Virus record (IMG/VR): IMGVR_UViG_3300044729_003379
Coordinates: 1 to 64,000 of that record
Direction: 5' to 3' (one strand)
From: a virus
Length of the DNA stretch: 64,000 bases
The translations under genes were made by a program, and so were the position numbers. Positions within the stretch are counted from its first letter, which is position 1; every line of letters begins with the position of its first letter. Of this stretch, positions 27,705 to 39,159 are shown in pieces. Under the pieces are notes generated by a model. The model was not told the origin of the DNA and did not search any database. It worked only from the letters and a program-made list of their open reading frames with translations.

Positions 27705-29237
27705 ATGCCTCTTTTCGTTACAAAAATCAATTCAGAATCTACTGATGTAAATTTTACATACCTCAACGGAGAGTCTATTTGGGGTTATGTGATTTCGTCG
27801 AGTTATGAATTCGATATTTCAGACACTACCTATACAGATGGTGACGATATTTTATACGAAGGAAAAGATGCGTTAGATAGGGTTTATTTGAACCAAAATA
27901 TCGTTGGCAAAATAGGATCGAACGAAATAATAAATGGATTAGTTACCTCTATTTCTTATCCAGAAACTCCAAGCGTAGGAAGAACAACTGCCTCTATTTC
28001 TATTCAAGAAAGAAAGAGGGTTGATTCTCACGGTGCCTTGGAAAGCGTTATCAACAACATTCCTTCTCCCCAAGATGTTGAATCTTTTAGTGAAACTTTT
28101 TCTTTTGAACGAAGTGAAAACTCTTATTCTAGGACTAGGAACGTTTCTTTAAAATACAAACAAGATGCTGGCCATTTCTTTTTGGACAAAGCCAAGATTT
28201 TTGTGCAAAATATGTTTTTCGAATCTAGACCGTCATTTGGGTATCAGAATGATGGTATTTCTGAAAATGCAAGATTCAATCTTAATTTAAAACCAATCTT
28301 TACAGAAGAAATTGATTTATTAAATAAAGAGATTTCTTTTTCAGAAACGGTCAACACCAATAGGATTAATTTACAAAACCTATCTTCCGAGTCTGTTAAG
28401 ATAAATCAAAGCACAGACGAAAATGGATACAAAAGTAAAACCTACACAGCAACATTGAAGGCTTTGCAGGAACCGCTTGAATCCAATATAAACAATATCA
28501 TCAAAACGTTTGTAGACGAAGTTTACCAAGAAAATTCAGCCGAATTCAAATATCCAGTATCCATTAGTAAAACCCTTAATTCTGATGGGGGAACTGCTGA
28601 AGTCTCTGTTTCTTTTAATAGTAATCCTAGTTTGAATTCAATTACCAATGCATTATATACGGTTTCTAAAACAAGAGAAGGAGAATGGGATGAATACTCA
28701 TTTTCGATGACGATAAAATCAAAAGGTATTTCTAATTTCTCTGCATTTATAAATGCCAAAAATTATTGGATACAAAATAAAGATATTGGATTAACAAAAG
28801 TTCTTTCTTTATTTCCAGAAGCCGCCTCTTTTTCTTTATATGAAAAAAGTATAAAGGTTTCTTTTGACGAATTCAATAGAACGGTTCAACACGATGTTGT
28901 TTATACTACTAATCCAGATTATCAATCAAATGGAAACATTTTAAAACAAGCCATAACGGTTTCTGATCAAAAAGGGGTGGAGAGATTTGCAATTGTTCCT
29001 ATTTTAGGAGAAAGGGAATTGTTAAGGAGGAGAGCTAATTCAAAAACACTTTCTTCTCGTTCTGTAAATGTGACAATGACTTCTAAGGATTTAAAATCGT
29101 TAGAATCTCAAGCCTTGACAATTGCCCAATCTTATGTTCCTACCGCTGCTTATTATTACATTAGTAATAAAACTACAAAATTTGACCCCATTAATGGTGT
29201 ATCTACAGCTACAGTGAACTTCGATTATTTTGATTAA
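27705..29237 (+). CDS. Tail tip or baseplate protein
   Basis: S/T/Y-rich beta protein after TMP. Confidence 0.55.
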   Translation: MPLFVTKINSESTDVNFTYLNGESIWGYVISSSYEFDISDTTYTDGDDILYEGKDALDRVYLNQNIVGKIGSNEIINGLVTSISYPETPSVGRTTASISIQERKRVDSHGALESVINNIPSPQDVESFSETFSFERSENSYSRTRNVSLKYKQDAGHFFLDKAKIFVQNMFFESRPSFGYQNDGISENARFNLNLKPIFTEEIDLLNKEISFSETVNTNRINLQNLSSESVKINQSTDENGYKSKTYTATLKALQEPLESNINNIIKTFVDEVYQENSAEFKYPVSISKTLNSDGGTAEVSVSFNSNPSLNSITNALYTVSKTREGEWDEYSFSMTIKSKGISNFSAFINAKNYWIQNKDIGLTKVLSLFPEAASFSLYEKSIKVSFDEFNRTVQHDVVYTTNPDYQSNGNILKQAITVSDQKGVERFAIVPILGERELLRRRANSKTLSSRSVNVTMTSKDLKSLESQALTIAQSYVPTAAYYYISNKTTKFDPINGVSTATVNFDYFD

Positions 29238-30811
29238 TGTCAAAAGAAATTTCATACGGAAATTACACATTTCCTCATCCATACCCTTTTTTGGGTATTA
29301 GTCATGAACCAGTTATTGTTAGTGGGGTTCTTGATCATAGTATTCTTACAGCTTCTCTTGTTGGAGAGTTAACTGGATGTAACTTAACCAGTTTAAAAAG
29401 GCAAAAGGATAATTTGATTTTGGCATTATCGACGGGTTTTCAAACTCTTATTGTTGGGGAAAAGACGTATAGTTATGCACAACCTGTTTCTGTTTCTTTT
29501 TCTTCTTCAAATATAAGGAACACACTTCCTTATTCAATTGATTTTACAATACAAAACGAGACTGACTTTTCTCAATTTTACGGAATAAGAGACCCAATTG
29601 ATACTTGGTCTTTTAACGAAGCAGAAGATAGAACCGTTTCTGCGGTTCATACCGTAAGTGCCTACGGAAATAAAATCACAGGAGATTCTTTTACCAATGC
29701 ATCTAATTTTGTGAATTCAAGAACAACTGGATTCGATATAAATTTGGCTAGTTTTTTTTCTGGCAAATCTCCAATTTTAATCAGCAAGAACGAAGAAATA
29801 AACAGATTTGAAAACTTTTACTCTGTTGTTGAGAATTGGAAGTGTTCTATTTCTCCGAATGATTTTGATAAACAAGATAGTATAGTTAGAGCAAATTGTT
29901 CAATTAATTACGACCAAGATGGAGTGTTGAACATTTCTGTGAATGGAACAATTGAAGGTGGAATTAGCGGTTCCGCATCTACTGGGTATTTTACAGACAG
30001 TGACGCAAAACTGTTTGCACAAAATGCGCTAGCTAATTGTAAGAGTGAAATTGAAAATGATTTATATGGATTACTTTTTACAAGCGCGACAAGTAATTCT
30101 TATGATATAGATACTGGAAATAACTCAATTTCCTTCTCTTATGAATTTTCCAACGCCCATGATATAAGACCAACCGGGGTTTTGCATGATTATTCTTCTT
30201 CTGTTTCTGCCAATAAAGATTCTTCCGAAATAACAGTTTCAACACAAGGAAGAGTTTATTACAAAGGTTTAAATAATCAAGTTACTGGTTCTAGTCCAGA
30301 ACTCGAAACTAAGTTTCAAATGGTAAATGCTTATTTTAGTGGGGTAAATCCATTTATTCAATCGTTTTATACTCATGATTTATTCATAACAAATATTACT
30401 GATTATTCTTTATTGCCTCTTAACGCTTCCGTCAGATCCCTAAATGTGACGAAAGACCCATTTTCTCCTTCTATTGATTACGATTATACTTATTCTAATT
30501 TTATTGATTTCTTTTCTGGAAATCTTTTAAACCCAAGTATTTCTATAAATACAGAACAGGAATATTCAAAACACGCAATTCAACAAACTGTAGATAATTC
30601 TTTTGCAGTCCAAAGAATCTATACATCGAACAAAAAGGTTTCTGTATCTGTTAATGGGCAAATTCCTAGTGGTAAAAATGTAAATACAGTTGTAAATATT
30701 GTAAGCGGATACATTAAAAACTATTCGGTTCCAAATGGATTTTTGACAGAAAACTCTATAGAAACAGGAAACGGACAACTTGCGATGAGTCAATCATTTT
30801 TCTTTAAATAA
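29237..30811 (+). CDS. Tail tip or baseplate protein, SG/TG-rich
   Basis: Synteny and composition. Confidence 0.55.
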   Translation: MSKEISYGNYTFPHPYPFLGISHEPVIVSGVLDHSILTASLVGELTGCNLTSLKRQKDNLILALSTGFQTLIVGEKTYSYAQPVSVSFSSSNIRNTLPYSIDFTIQNETDFSQFYGIRDPIDTWSFNEAEDRTVSAVHTVSAYGNKITGDSFTNASNFVNSRTTGFDINLASFFSGKSPILISKNEEINRFENFYSVVENWKCSISPNDFDKQDSIVRANCSINYDQDGVLNISVNGTIEGGISGSASTGYFTDSDAKLFAQNALANCKSEIENDLYGLLFTSATSNSYDIDTGNNSISFSYEFSNAHDIRPTGVLHDYSSSVSANKDSSEITVSTQGRVYYKGLNNQVTGSSPELETKFQMVNAYFSGVNPFIQSFYTHDLFITNITDYSLLPLNASVRSLNVTKDPFSPSIDYDYTYSNFIDFFSGNLLNPSISINTEQEYSKHAIQQTVDNSFAVQRIYTSNKKVSVSVNGQIPSGKNVNTVVNIVSGYIKNYSVPNGFLTENSIETGNGQLAMSQSFFFK

Positions 30812-32142
30812 TGAATAAAGCTTTTGAAAATTTAATAGATGCTTATGTCTTTGGTTCCACTGGCACATTGATGTTATATTACGATATGAACACCTTTGGA
30901 GTCGAAAATGGTAGTGGATATGTAAAAAACGTATCTCCATCATCTACGGTTGGATACAATAATGCCTTTCTGGATTCTGGAAAGAACACGGGAATGTTCA
31001 GAAGTGGCAATTATAGCGGCTGCAATTTGGCATATTCTAAACTTACAATTGATTCATTTAATAATGGCTTTTTAAATACAGGAAACACAGATTGGTATGC
31101 TACTTTTCTATTTTCATTTACCAAAACACACCAAGAGGATGGAGTTTTATTTGGATGCTTAAATAAAGATACTATTGATTATTATGGACTTTCTGGAACC
31201 TATGGAAGGGGATTTAATATTGGAGTTAATGATAGAAATCAATTATTTTTCCAAGGTATAGATTTTGAACAAGGACCATATATCATAACATCAGATTCTT
31301 TTGAATTAGCAAATAAAAATCTGTGTTCTGTAGTTATAAATCCAAGTAACGTTTCTTTTGGTTATTATGATTTAGGTTCTGATCGTTTTTATGAACAAAC
31401 AAAAATAACAAATATTAATATTGAAAATATTTTTAGTAACGAGAAATTTTATATTGGAGGTTCTAATTTTTATTATAAAAATCCTTCTTTTAGTGGTTAT
31501 ATTGATAATTTTGCAATATTATCTGGTGATTATCATCCAAGCACATTGAAATCGTTAATGTCTGGATTTGTATCAATGGAGATTATTGATACTGGTTCTC
31601 TAGATTTTTCTTCTTTAATAACTGGATATGAAATAGAAATAATACAGGAAACAGGTATAACAGGTTATGTTGCAACTTTAACTGGTTCTAAGAATTTATA
31701 TACTACTGGTTATTTTTTTGAAAGAGTTCCCATCTCCTCTTCTAATAGCACACCAATTGTTGAAGGAAATAGAATTATAACTGGTTATTCTTTAGCAAAT
31801 GGAATTATTTACAATGAAGAAATTGGAAATATTTATGTTACTGATCAATACGTTACATCTGGAAACGATGCACACGCAACACTTGGTTTAATATCTGAAC
31901 TATTGACATTTCAAACTGGTGGAAAAACATTATTGAAATATAAAGTTAATCAGACAGGTGTTTTACCTCTTTATAGACTTGATGCATTAACTGGTTTTAT
32001 TGGTCCTACTGGTTTATCAATTGATCCATTAACACAACAACAATTTATAGAAGGAAGCACTGGATATGATTATGTTCTTAATACAGGATTAATGAATGAA
32101 TATCAACACAATTACATTTACTATCTAAGCGAAAGATTATGA
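30811..32142 (+). CDS. Virion protein with LamG/concanavalin-like domain, SG/TG-rich
   Basis: FYIGG...FSGYIDNFAI motif. Confidence 0.55.
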   Translation: MNKAFENLIDAYVFGSTGTLMLYYDMNTFGVENGSGYVKNVSPSSTVGYNNAFLDSGKNTGMFRSGNYSGCNLAYSKLTIDSFNNGFLNTGNTDWYATFLFSFTKTHQEDGVLFGCLNKDTIDYYGLSGTYGRGFNIGVNDRNQLFFQGIDFEQGPYIITSDSFELANKNLCSVVINPSNVSFGYYDLGSDRFYEQTKITNINIENIFSNEKFYIGGSNFYYKNPSFSGYIDNFAILSGDYHPSTLKSLMSGFVSMEIIDTGSLDFSSLITGYEIEIIQETGITGYVATLTGSKNLYTTGYFFERVPISSSNSTPIVEGNRIITGYSLANGIIYNEEIGNIYVTDQYVTSGNDAHATLGLISELLTFQTGGKTLLKYKVNQTGVLPLYRLDALTGFIGPTGLSIDPLTQQQFIEGSTGYDYVLNTGLMNEYQHNYIYYLSERL

Positions 32143-32855
32143 TAGAATACTATTTAAATACAGGAGTCGAAGATGACTCAGACAACTATTACAGAAATAC
32201 TCAATTATCTAATGCGAGTGTTTTTATTGATTCTAATAATAAATTTATAAATCAAGTTTATGCAGATGGACAGACTCTTTTAGAGGACGATGTTACAGAA
32301 ACATCGTTAAGCACTTCAATTAAAACTTATACGCATAGTGGTGATTTTTATATTGATTCCTTTTCTTTAAAAAATTCTGGTGATTATTATAATTTTGAAG
32401 GCATTGAAACAGTAAATTATGACATAATGCAATCTGGAAAAAGACCATTCTTTGAATCTGATAATTTTAATAATTTATTGAATGGATTTGCAAATAAAAT
32501 TGCTGGACAAGTAAGTGGAGATCTATTTTTTATTAATGGAATTAAATTAATAAGTGGTATTCATTATTATGTTCATAATGGAATTTTTGAGTGGAATGAT
32601 GGTAATCCAACATCTTTAGAACTCAGTGGAATAATGTTTTCTATGCCAAATAATTTTGATGTTATCATAACTGGTCAGTATGACATATATAATCAAAATT
32701 TTAAAATAGGAACAACAGTTGCCTATTTAAATGGTGTAAGATTATATCAAGATGATTTATTGGAAACATCAACAATAAATACTCTAATAAATACAGGAAT
32801 TGAAGCAAAAATAAGATTCTCACCAAAGAGACAAGAACAAATTATCTTCTTTTGA
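32139..32855 (+). CDS. Putative tail protein
   Basis: FINGIKL / YLNGVRL repeats typical of virion proteins. Confidence 0.5.
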   Translation: MIEYYLNTGVEDDSDNYYRNTQLSNASVFIDSNNKFINQVYADGQTLLEDDVTETSLSTSIKTYTHSGDFYIDSFSLKNSGDYYNFEGIETVNYDIMQSGKRPFFESDNFNNLLNGFANKIAGQVSGDLFFINGIKLISGIHYYVHNGIFEWNDGNPTSLELSGIMFSMPNNFDVIITGQYDIYNQNFKIGTTVAYLNGVRLYQDDLLETSTINTLINTGIEAKIRFSPKRQEQIIFF

Positions 32856-32858
32856 ATT

Positions 32859-35426
32859 ATGCCTAATTATGTAAATAACGCACCTTTGGGTTCTGCTTTT
32901 GGCGGAAAAATAGCTACATTAAATTATAACTATTCTCCAAACGAGGGTCCATCTTCAGCAACAATTACAATAGTTAGTGAAAATAATAGATATATAGAAC
33001 CTATTCTTCTTTCTAATTTTAATATTCCAATTTTAAATATTCCAATGGTGATTGTTGAGGTTCAATATAATGACGACAGCACAGCAAGAACATTACAAAT
33101 AGAATTGATTGATAAAACCTCTTTATATCTTGATACTAATTTAATTCTTGTTAATGGTGTTCATTCATCAGGTGTAGAAGGTAATTCTAGCTCTTCAAAT
33201 TCTTTTCATTTTTATCCAAAAACAACAGGAACAATTAATAATAATTCATTTGGTAATAAGGGAAGGCTTTCTATAACTTCGGGAGGAAGTGGTGGAAGAA
33301 ATTGTAGGTATATAGGTGGACTTAGAAGCACAGTAAAAGTTTCATCTGCTTGGGATGGGGATACCCAATTATTTAAAAATAATACACAACCATATACAAC
33401 AGTTGTTTTTCAAGACAATAAATTCAGACAAGATTTAAGTGGAAAAAAAGCAGGTTCAATACTTCCAATTTTTCAAAAATTTGGAGATACTAGCAATTTT
33501 GAAGTTTCAAATGAATGGGGCTATACTTTTAATCAATTATGTAATAATATTTCTATTCCAATAAGGAATAAACCAAATATTAACGATAATTATTATTTTA
33601 ATCAAGCTGGAACATGTAGATCTGTATTATCTGGTGTTCTTTCTTCTTTAGGAAAGAGTTTTTACATTAATCCTTTTGATGGAAGTATAAATATCATTGA
33701 TAATGGTTTTATTAATCAGATTAATAGAACATTATCTTTAAAATATACTTCTTTACTCAAAGAGTCTTTTTCTGATAATTCTATTACATCTATAAATATA
33801 AAAAAGTCATGTAAAGAAACCACAGGAAGACATACTGTATTAACTGGTTCTTATGAAAACAATGTAGATAAATCAGGAGGTGGGGGTTCTGGAGATACAA
33901 ATATTCCAGATAAACCACAATATAGAACATTTTATAAATATTCAAATGTTGACGTTATTTCTCCAAGTGAAAGAAAGTTTTTCCAAAAAATACTTCCTTT
34001 GTTTTGGTTTAATTTTTCACAAAGATCTGTTGATGATTTTATTTATGCATTAGCAAAATTAGAAGATCCTACTACTTGGTCAGAAAAAAGTGGTGATGAA
34101 TCAATTTATTCTGGAAATACAGATTCTAATGGAAACACCATGATAGATAAAACAAATCCAAAAGCAACTTTAAGACCTTCTGATTTAAATAAATCTGGAG
34201 AAGATTTAGAGGCTTTATTAAGTTCTGAATATATAAGCATAATGTTGGAAAATATTTCAAGCGGAAATATTCCAGACAAATTTGATTTAAATCAAGAGAT
34301 TGATATATACCCAAATACTAGAAGAGCAAAAGTTGGAGAAAATTTTACACTTAATGCTGCTGCTGTTTCTCCTTATGAAAAAATATCACCATATATTGAA
34401 GGTATAAACATGGCTTTATTTACTCTTCATGTTACTAAACCAATTTCAAAGAAAAAAGCCCTATCTATGAATTGGGCAAGTCCATCTAGTGGGCAAAAAG
34501 ACCCAATTAATAATAATATAAAAATAGCTGGTCCATATGCATCTGATACAAAAATATCAGATATTCCAGAATTAGCTCCATTAAATTTTATTCTTTCTAG
34601 ATTTGGAAAAGAAACAAAAATAACAATAGGTAAAATGGCAAAAGATGCTGCTGGAAATTTTAGATCTAACCAATCTGGAGATGTTTCAACAGGTTATCAT
34701 TTTATAGCAATAAAAGACATTGCTGCTATTCTTCCTAAGAATTTAGGAACAATTCCAAATGACATTATTAAATCTATTGAAATGAATGTTTTTTCAAGCG
34801 CACCAATAAATGAAAGTTCAACTGGTCCTATTTTGGCTCTAACAAAAAGAGGACAAACAAGTATAAAAAATATCGCAGAAAAAAATGCTCAAATATTTCA
34901 AGAAATTGTTGACAATATAAGAAGGTCTACAAATACAAATTTTAGAATTCCATATACTAAACTAGATGAAAATGACGCTTCTTATGAATATCCAGATAAT
35001 ACAGCATCTGAACCAGAATTACCAGAGGTAAAATCAATAAGAACAATACCAACAAAGCAACCAACATCTGGAGATGCTGGTATGACAAAAATTGAATTAG
35101 ATACTTACCAAGGTTCAATAGAAGATCTTAGTTATATTGATGATAGTTTCTTTAAAGAAACTCCGGGTCCATCTTTTGAAGCTTCAATTACTTTTTTTAG
35201 ACCTCCAATAAAATCTGATTTAGATGTTTTTTCTGGTTTGTCTTCAATTTCTTGCTCATTTAAAGGAGATGGAGTAGAGACTAATGTTTCATATAGCACT
35301 AGAAATTATTTAAACATGGATAAATCTTTAGTTCAACAGCTTACAAGAGGAAGCTCTATTCCTGCTCCAAGATTTGGTCCAAATTTTATAAATAAACCAG
35401 CATTTATAAAAAATAGAAAATCATAA
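32859..35426 (+). CDS. Putative tail hub or baseplate protein
   Basis: 855 aa, last gene of the structural operon. Confidence 0.5.
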   Translation: MPNYVNNAPLGSAFGGKIATLNYNYSPNEGPSSATITIVSENNRYIEPILLSNFNIPILNIPMVIVEVQYNDDSTARTLQIELIDKTSLYLDTNLILVNGVHSSGVEGNSSSSNSFHFYPKTTGTINNNSFGNKGRLSITSGGSGGRNCRYIGGLRSTVKVSSAWDGDTQLFKNNTQPYTTVVFQDNKFRQDLSGKKAGSILPIFQKFGDTSNFEVSNEWGYTFNQLCNNISIPIRNKPNINDNYYFNQAGTCRSVLSGVLSSLGKSFYINPFDGSINIIDNGFINQINRTLSLKYTSLLKESFSDNSITSINIKKSCKETTGRHTVLTGSYENNVDKSGGGGSGDTNIPDKPQYRTFYKYSNVDVISPSERKFFQKILPLFWFNFSQRSVDDFIYALAKLEDPTTWSEKSGDESIYSGNTDSNGNTMIDKTNPKATLRPSDLNKSGEDLEALLSSEYISIMLENISSGNIPDKFDLNQEIDIYPNTRRAKVGENFTLNAAAVSPYEKISPYIEGINMALFTLHVTKPISKKKALSMNWASPSSGQKDPINNNIKIAGPYASDTKISDIPELAPLNFILSRFGKETKITIGKMAKDAAGNFRSNQSGDVSTGYHFIAIKDIAAILPKNLGTIPNDIIKSIEMNVFSSAPINESSTGPILALTKRGQTSIKNIAEKNAQIFQEIVDNIRRSTNTNFRIPYTKLDENDASYEYPDNTASEPELPEVKSIRTIPTKQPTSGDAGMTKIELDTYQGSIEDLSYIDDSFFKETPGPSFEASITFFRPPIKSDLDVFSGLSSISCSFKGDGVETNVSYSTRNYLNMDKSLVQQLTRGSSIPAPRFGPNFINKPAFIKNRKS

Positions 35427-36296
35427 TATCCAAGAGTTTTCAGTTTTTTCAATTTCTTGAAAGTTATGATTTAAGAAGTGATATCTATAAAAGTTTTTCC
35501 AAACTCTGTGCGAGTTTATAAATGTTTTAAAAGTATCATAATCCATTTCTTTCAAGAAATAAATGAATCCTTTTAGAGATTCTAAGCTATTTGTATCAAA
35601 ACCCTTTGAAACAGCTTCGCTTCTAATAAACTGTCTTATCATTTCTGCTCTTTGAAATTGCTCAAATTGATTTTCCAATCCCAAAAGCAAATGATTTGAT
35701 CTTCCATAAATCCAAGCGTATTTAGCTTCATGATTTATTTTGTTATCAAAAGGTCTACCTCCCTCTTCTCCATCTTTTATTCTCCAAGTGATTTCTTTCT
35801 TACTTTCATCGTGGGTGTTTTTGATATCTATAGCCTGTTGTTGTGCGCCTACTAAACCCCAATGAGGACTTCCATTAAAAACCATAGAATCATTCCATTT
35901 GAAGGCAAAACCCTTTCCATAATTAAAAATAGACTTTATTCCATTGAAATCGTGGGCATAAATCCACTCTTTTATGTTTCTTGCCCATTTTTGATTAATT
36001 CTTTCCATAGAATCCCTCAAGATGAACCAATCACCGTTCTTCATTGGCCCTTCTCGTAAGAAAGTATTCATCTGTAGGTCGTGATCGTTCGTCCAAGGTC
36101 TCAGGATGACAGAACCCGCTCCCTTTCTTTCTTGAAGCAATTTATAACAAGCATCGTCCTCATTGAAATCTCGACTATCATATCCAAAGATTAATCCATC
36201 AACATATTCCCAAATCGGGTCTGTTAATTCTTTGATATTTTGGTATTCATTTTTATTTGTAATTCCACAAAGATAAATCATAATCAATCCTCCCAA
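35421..36296 (-). CDS. Glycosyltransferase, GT-A/GT2-like
   Basis: GDWFILRDSMER (DxD-like), Rossmann N-terminus, clustered with other GTs. Confidence 0.55.
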   Translation of the reverse strand: MGGLIMIYLCGITNKNEYQNIKELTDPIWEYVDGLIFGYDSRDFNEDDACYKLLQERKGAGSVILRPWTNDHDLQMNTFLREGPMKNGDWFILRDSMERINQKWARNIKEWIYAHDFNGIKSIFNYGKGFAFKWNDSMVFNGSPHWGLVGAQQQAIDIKNTHDESKKEITWRIKDGEEGGRPFDNKINHEAKYAWIYGRSNHLLLGLENQFEQFQRAEMIRQFIRSEAVSKGFDTNSLESLKGFIYFLKEMDYDTFKTFINSHRVWKNFYRYHFLNHNFQEIEKTENSWIL

Positions 36297-37072
36297 TATT
36301 TAAAAACGTGGTCTTTCCATCCAAACGGAACTTCTCCGTTTTCTGGCCAATTTCCAGAAATAGCCTTTTCCCATTGCTCATCGCTTAGTGGGGGAAAAGA
36401 GTATTTTTCTTTTGGAGTTTTTAAACAGATGAGTTGTTTGGTGTCTGTTCTGTGTTTCCACATTGATCCGTCTGGATTTGTTCTAATGCTCCACTTTCCT
36501 CTATCTATAAATGGTGGGACTTTTTGGGAGCCGATTTCATATGTAACAGAAATATAAGAAAGGCCACGCTCTTCGATGTTTTCTTGAACGCATTGTTCAG
36601 TCCATTTTATATGATCCCAAGGACCGGGACCACCAATGCTTTTTGGAATACTGTTATAAAAATCTACAGAAATAAACTGCGCCCTCTCACTGTATTTACC
36701 GTGTCCTTGATCTCCTGAGAGGTCGATGTGTGAAATTTTATATTTCTGTAATAGATTTTCAAATTCTTCTATTTCTTTTTGTGTTATTTTTGTATAGAGA
36801 AGATGATCAACTTGAATATAAAATGCGTATTTGCTTTTGCATTGAGCAAATAATTGTATTGTTCCTGCTCCACAACCAACATTTGTTGTGTTATTAATTA
36901 CCTCATCTTGATCCGACAACAACCCTTCTTCTTTAAAAGAGTCTGCATATCTTTCCCCGCCATTATTTAATATGGTAATCTTCTTGTCAAACAAGGCGTT
37001 TACTTTTAACGAAAACAACAAATCTCTCAATTCATTTTCTCTATTAAAATCAAGAATTAATATTTCAGTCAT
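36284..37072 (-). CDS. Glycosyltransferase, GT-A/GT2-like
   Basis: ILILDFNR...L.SL, ILNNG, NVGCGAG, YAFYIQVD. Confidence 0.65.
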   Translation of the reverse strand: MTEILILDFNRENELRDLLFSLKVNALFDKKITILNNGGERYADSFKEEGLLSDQDEVINNTTNVGCGAGTIQLFAQCKSKYAFYIQVDHLLYTKITQKEIEEFENLLQKYKISHIDLSGDQGHGKYSERAQFISVDFYNSIPKSIGGPGPWDHIKWTEQCVQENIEERGLSYISVTYEIGSQKVPPFIDRGKWSIRTNPDGSMWKHRTDTKQLICLKTPKEKYSFPPLSDEQWEKAISGNWPENGEVPFGWKDHVFKYWED

Positions 37073-37487
37073 CAGATTTTTCTCTTTTAAACAATGGGCC
37101 AGATAAGTCTACTGATATTCCATTTTTTTCTATTTTAGTTGGCTTGTCGTGAAAGTGTTTTACTTTATTTTTCTTTTGATAATCGTCAAAATACTTTCTT
37201 TTAACAGGATCTTCGTGACCAAGTTTGTCCTTTCTTTTTTCAGAAAGTTCTTTAGAAGCATCCCACAAATCTCCAACAGTTCCTTTTCTTCTTCCGGTAA
37301 TTTCTGTTGCTTTATTTAAATCAAATGGATTGATTGTTCCAATTCTTTCTGCGCTAACTTGGGGTGCGGTTAAAACTCTCTTCCACTCCAATCCTTCTTC
37401 ATCAAAATATTCGTGTTTGTCATTCATTCTTTGAATGACTTCTACATACTCGTCTTTGTTTGGGTGCTTGTAGATATAGGTTGGCAT
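37065..37487 (-). CDS. FmdB-like regulatory protein, Cys-less variant
   Basis: MPTYIYK...EV.Q.M...RVLTAP. Confidence 0.6.
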   Translation of the reverse strand: MPTYIYKHPNKDEYVEVIQRMNDKHEYFDEEGLEWKRVLTAPQVSAERIGTINPFDLNKATEITGRRKGTVGDLWDASKELSEKRKDKLGHEDPVKRKYFDDYQKKNKVKHFHDKPTKIEKNGISVDLSGPLFKREKSDD

Positions 37488-38593
37488 TATAATTGTTTTG
37501 CAATGTTTAAAATGCTATTGACTGTTTTTTCGTATGTGAAAAATTCGCGAAGTTCTTTTCCGCTATCTTCTTTGTAATTATTTAAAAAGATATCTTCAGA
37601 TTCTTTGATTGCGGCAGAAATAGATTCTGGTTTAAAGTAATGAAAACAACCTTGGTTATATTCCATTCCACGATGGAAGAAAACCCCATCATAACATTCT
37701 TCGATTCCACTCGGTTCAAGTTTAATTAAATTTGAATTACTAAATTCGTTAACCCAATCTAGATGTGCGCCACCCAATCCGACCACACAAACCTTATTCA
37801 TACAAGCAGCGTTAAAGCTTGGAAGATTCCATCCCTCATTCCCACAACATCCAGAAAGATCAATGTCAATAGAATTAATGAATTGATTTACTTGTGAATT
37901 TGTTTCAAGAGTGGGTAGAAAGTTGATATTACTGTAGTGCTTTCCTTCTAGGGTATTGATGATTATTTGATCAAAGGTTTCTTTTGGAAAGAAGGGGTTA
38001 TTGATTAGGCATGTTAACTGATATTTGTTGTTGTTACCATAAAGCTTCAACCACTCTCTAATTACAGTCTGTGTATTTTTTCTCTTTTCTAATTTTCCAC
38101 AAATTCCGAAATGAATTACGTCTGGCTTTTTTACGTCTTCAACATAAAAATCTTCATCGAAACCAAGAGGCACGAAATAAAATTTGTCTGGATTTACTTT
38201 TCCAGTCTTTAAGAAAGCGTCAATAGCTTCGGTGGAGGAAAAAATAACAGCATCTTGTTGATTTACAAGATTAATTTCTGTTTCTGTTGGCATATCAACC
38301 TCATAAAACGAGAAAAGAATTTGCTTTTTTGCAACCCTTCTTTCACAACCGTTGATATGCCAAACTTTTAAAGCGATATCTTCTGCGCTAAATTCTTTAT
38401 TGAAGTTTTGTATTTTATTAACAATCTCTCTTTTGAGATTTTCATTTGCGCGATCAAAAGATTGAAAGGAAATTTGGTTTACACATTGAGGTAAACACAT
38501 TGATTTTAATTCACCTCTCCTTGATAATTCTCTTGCAATGTTGAATGTAACGTTTCCAAGAGATAGGTTATTGATTGGTCCTTCAAGAATCAT
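37487..38593 (-). CDS. Glycosyltransferase, GT-B/GT4-like
   Basis: VPLGFD, GKLEKRKN, EGWNLPSFNA. Confidence 0.8.
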   Translation of the reverse strand: MILEGPINNLSLGNVTFNIARELSRRGELKSMCLPQCVNQISFQSFDRANENLKREIVNKIQNFNKEFSAEDIALKVWHINGCERRVAKKQILFSFYEVDMPTETEINLVNQQDAVIFSSTEAIDAFLKTGKVNPDKFYFVPLGFDEDFYVEDVKKPDVIHFGICGKLEKRKNTQTVIREWLKLYGNNNKYQLTCLINNPFFPKETFDQIIINTLEGKHYSNINFLPTLETNSQVNQFINSIDIDLSGCCGNEGWNLPSFNAACMNKVCVVGLGGAHLDWVNEFSNSNLIKLEPSGIEECYDGVFFHRGMEYNQGCFHYFKPESISAAIKESEDIFLNNYKEDSGKELREFFTYEKTVNSILNIAKQL

Positions 38594-39159
38594 GATATTG
38601 TATCCTTTATTTCTTTTAAAATTGTTTTACCTATTTGTTCTATTCTTTGTGGCTTTAAATTAAATTGATCAGCAATGTCTATAAGCTTTCTTTCTTTTTG
38701 AAATCTTTCGTAAAAGATTTTGCAATCTCTTTCGCAAAACTTCTTTTTCACAACGTTATCAATTATAGAGCAGATTTCCTTTTTTTCAAGCTCATGAACA
38801 ATTGATTTGTTGTCTTCTATATTGTTTACATCAAGCTCTAAATCGTCAATAAATTCTTTGTCTGCCTTTTTGTTTTCTGAGGTTCTTTTTGATTTGCATT
38901 TATACTTGGTTATGTTTGCAAGCCAAGTATGAAATTGAGATTTCTCATTAGAGAAGGAGGAAATTGCATCCCAGAAAAATGAATATTTGTCTTCAAGAAT
39001 TTCCTGCATCCAAAAATTCTTTCTATTTTGAGGACAATATCTTGATACCGTGTCTACAAAAATTCCAGAGTGTCTTTCTATTAGTTCGTTAAAGGCTTCG
39101 TTGCTTTGTTCTTCCTTCGCCATTCTGACCAATTCATTGTCATCCAAATCTATAATCAT
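38590..39159 (-). CDS. Sigma-70-family factor (regions 2 and 4)
   Basis: AFNELIERH, FHTWL, LIDIADQFNLKPQRIEQI helix-turn-helix. Confidence 0.8.
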   Translation of the reverse strand: MIIDLDDNELVRMAKEEQSNEAFNELIERHSGIFVDTVSRYCPQNRKNFWMQEILEDKYSFFWDAISSFSNEKSQFHTWLANITKYKCKSKRTSENKKADKEFIDDLELDVNNIEDNKSIVHELEKKEICSIIDNVVKKKFCERDCKIFYERFQKERKLIDIADQFNLKPQRIEQIGKTILKEIKDTIS

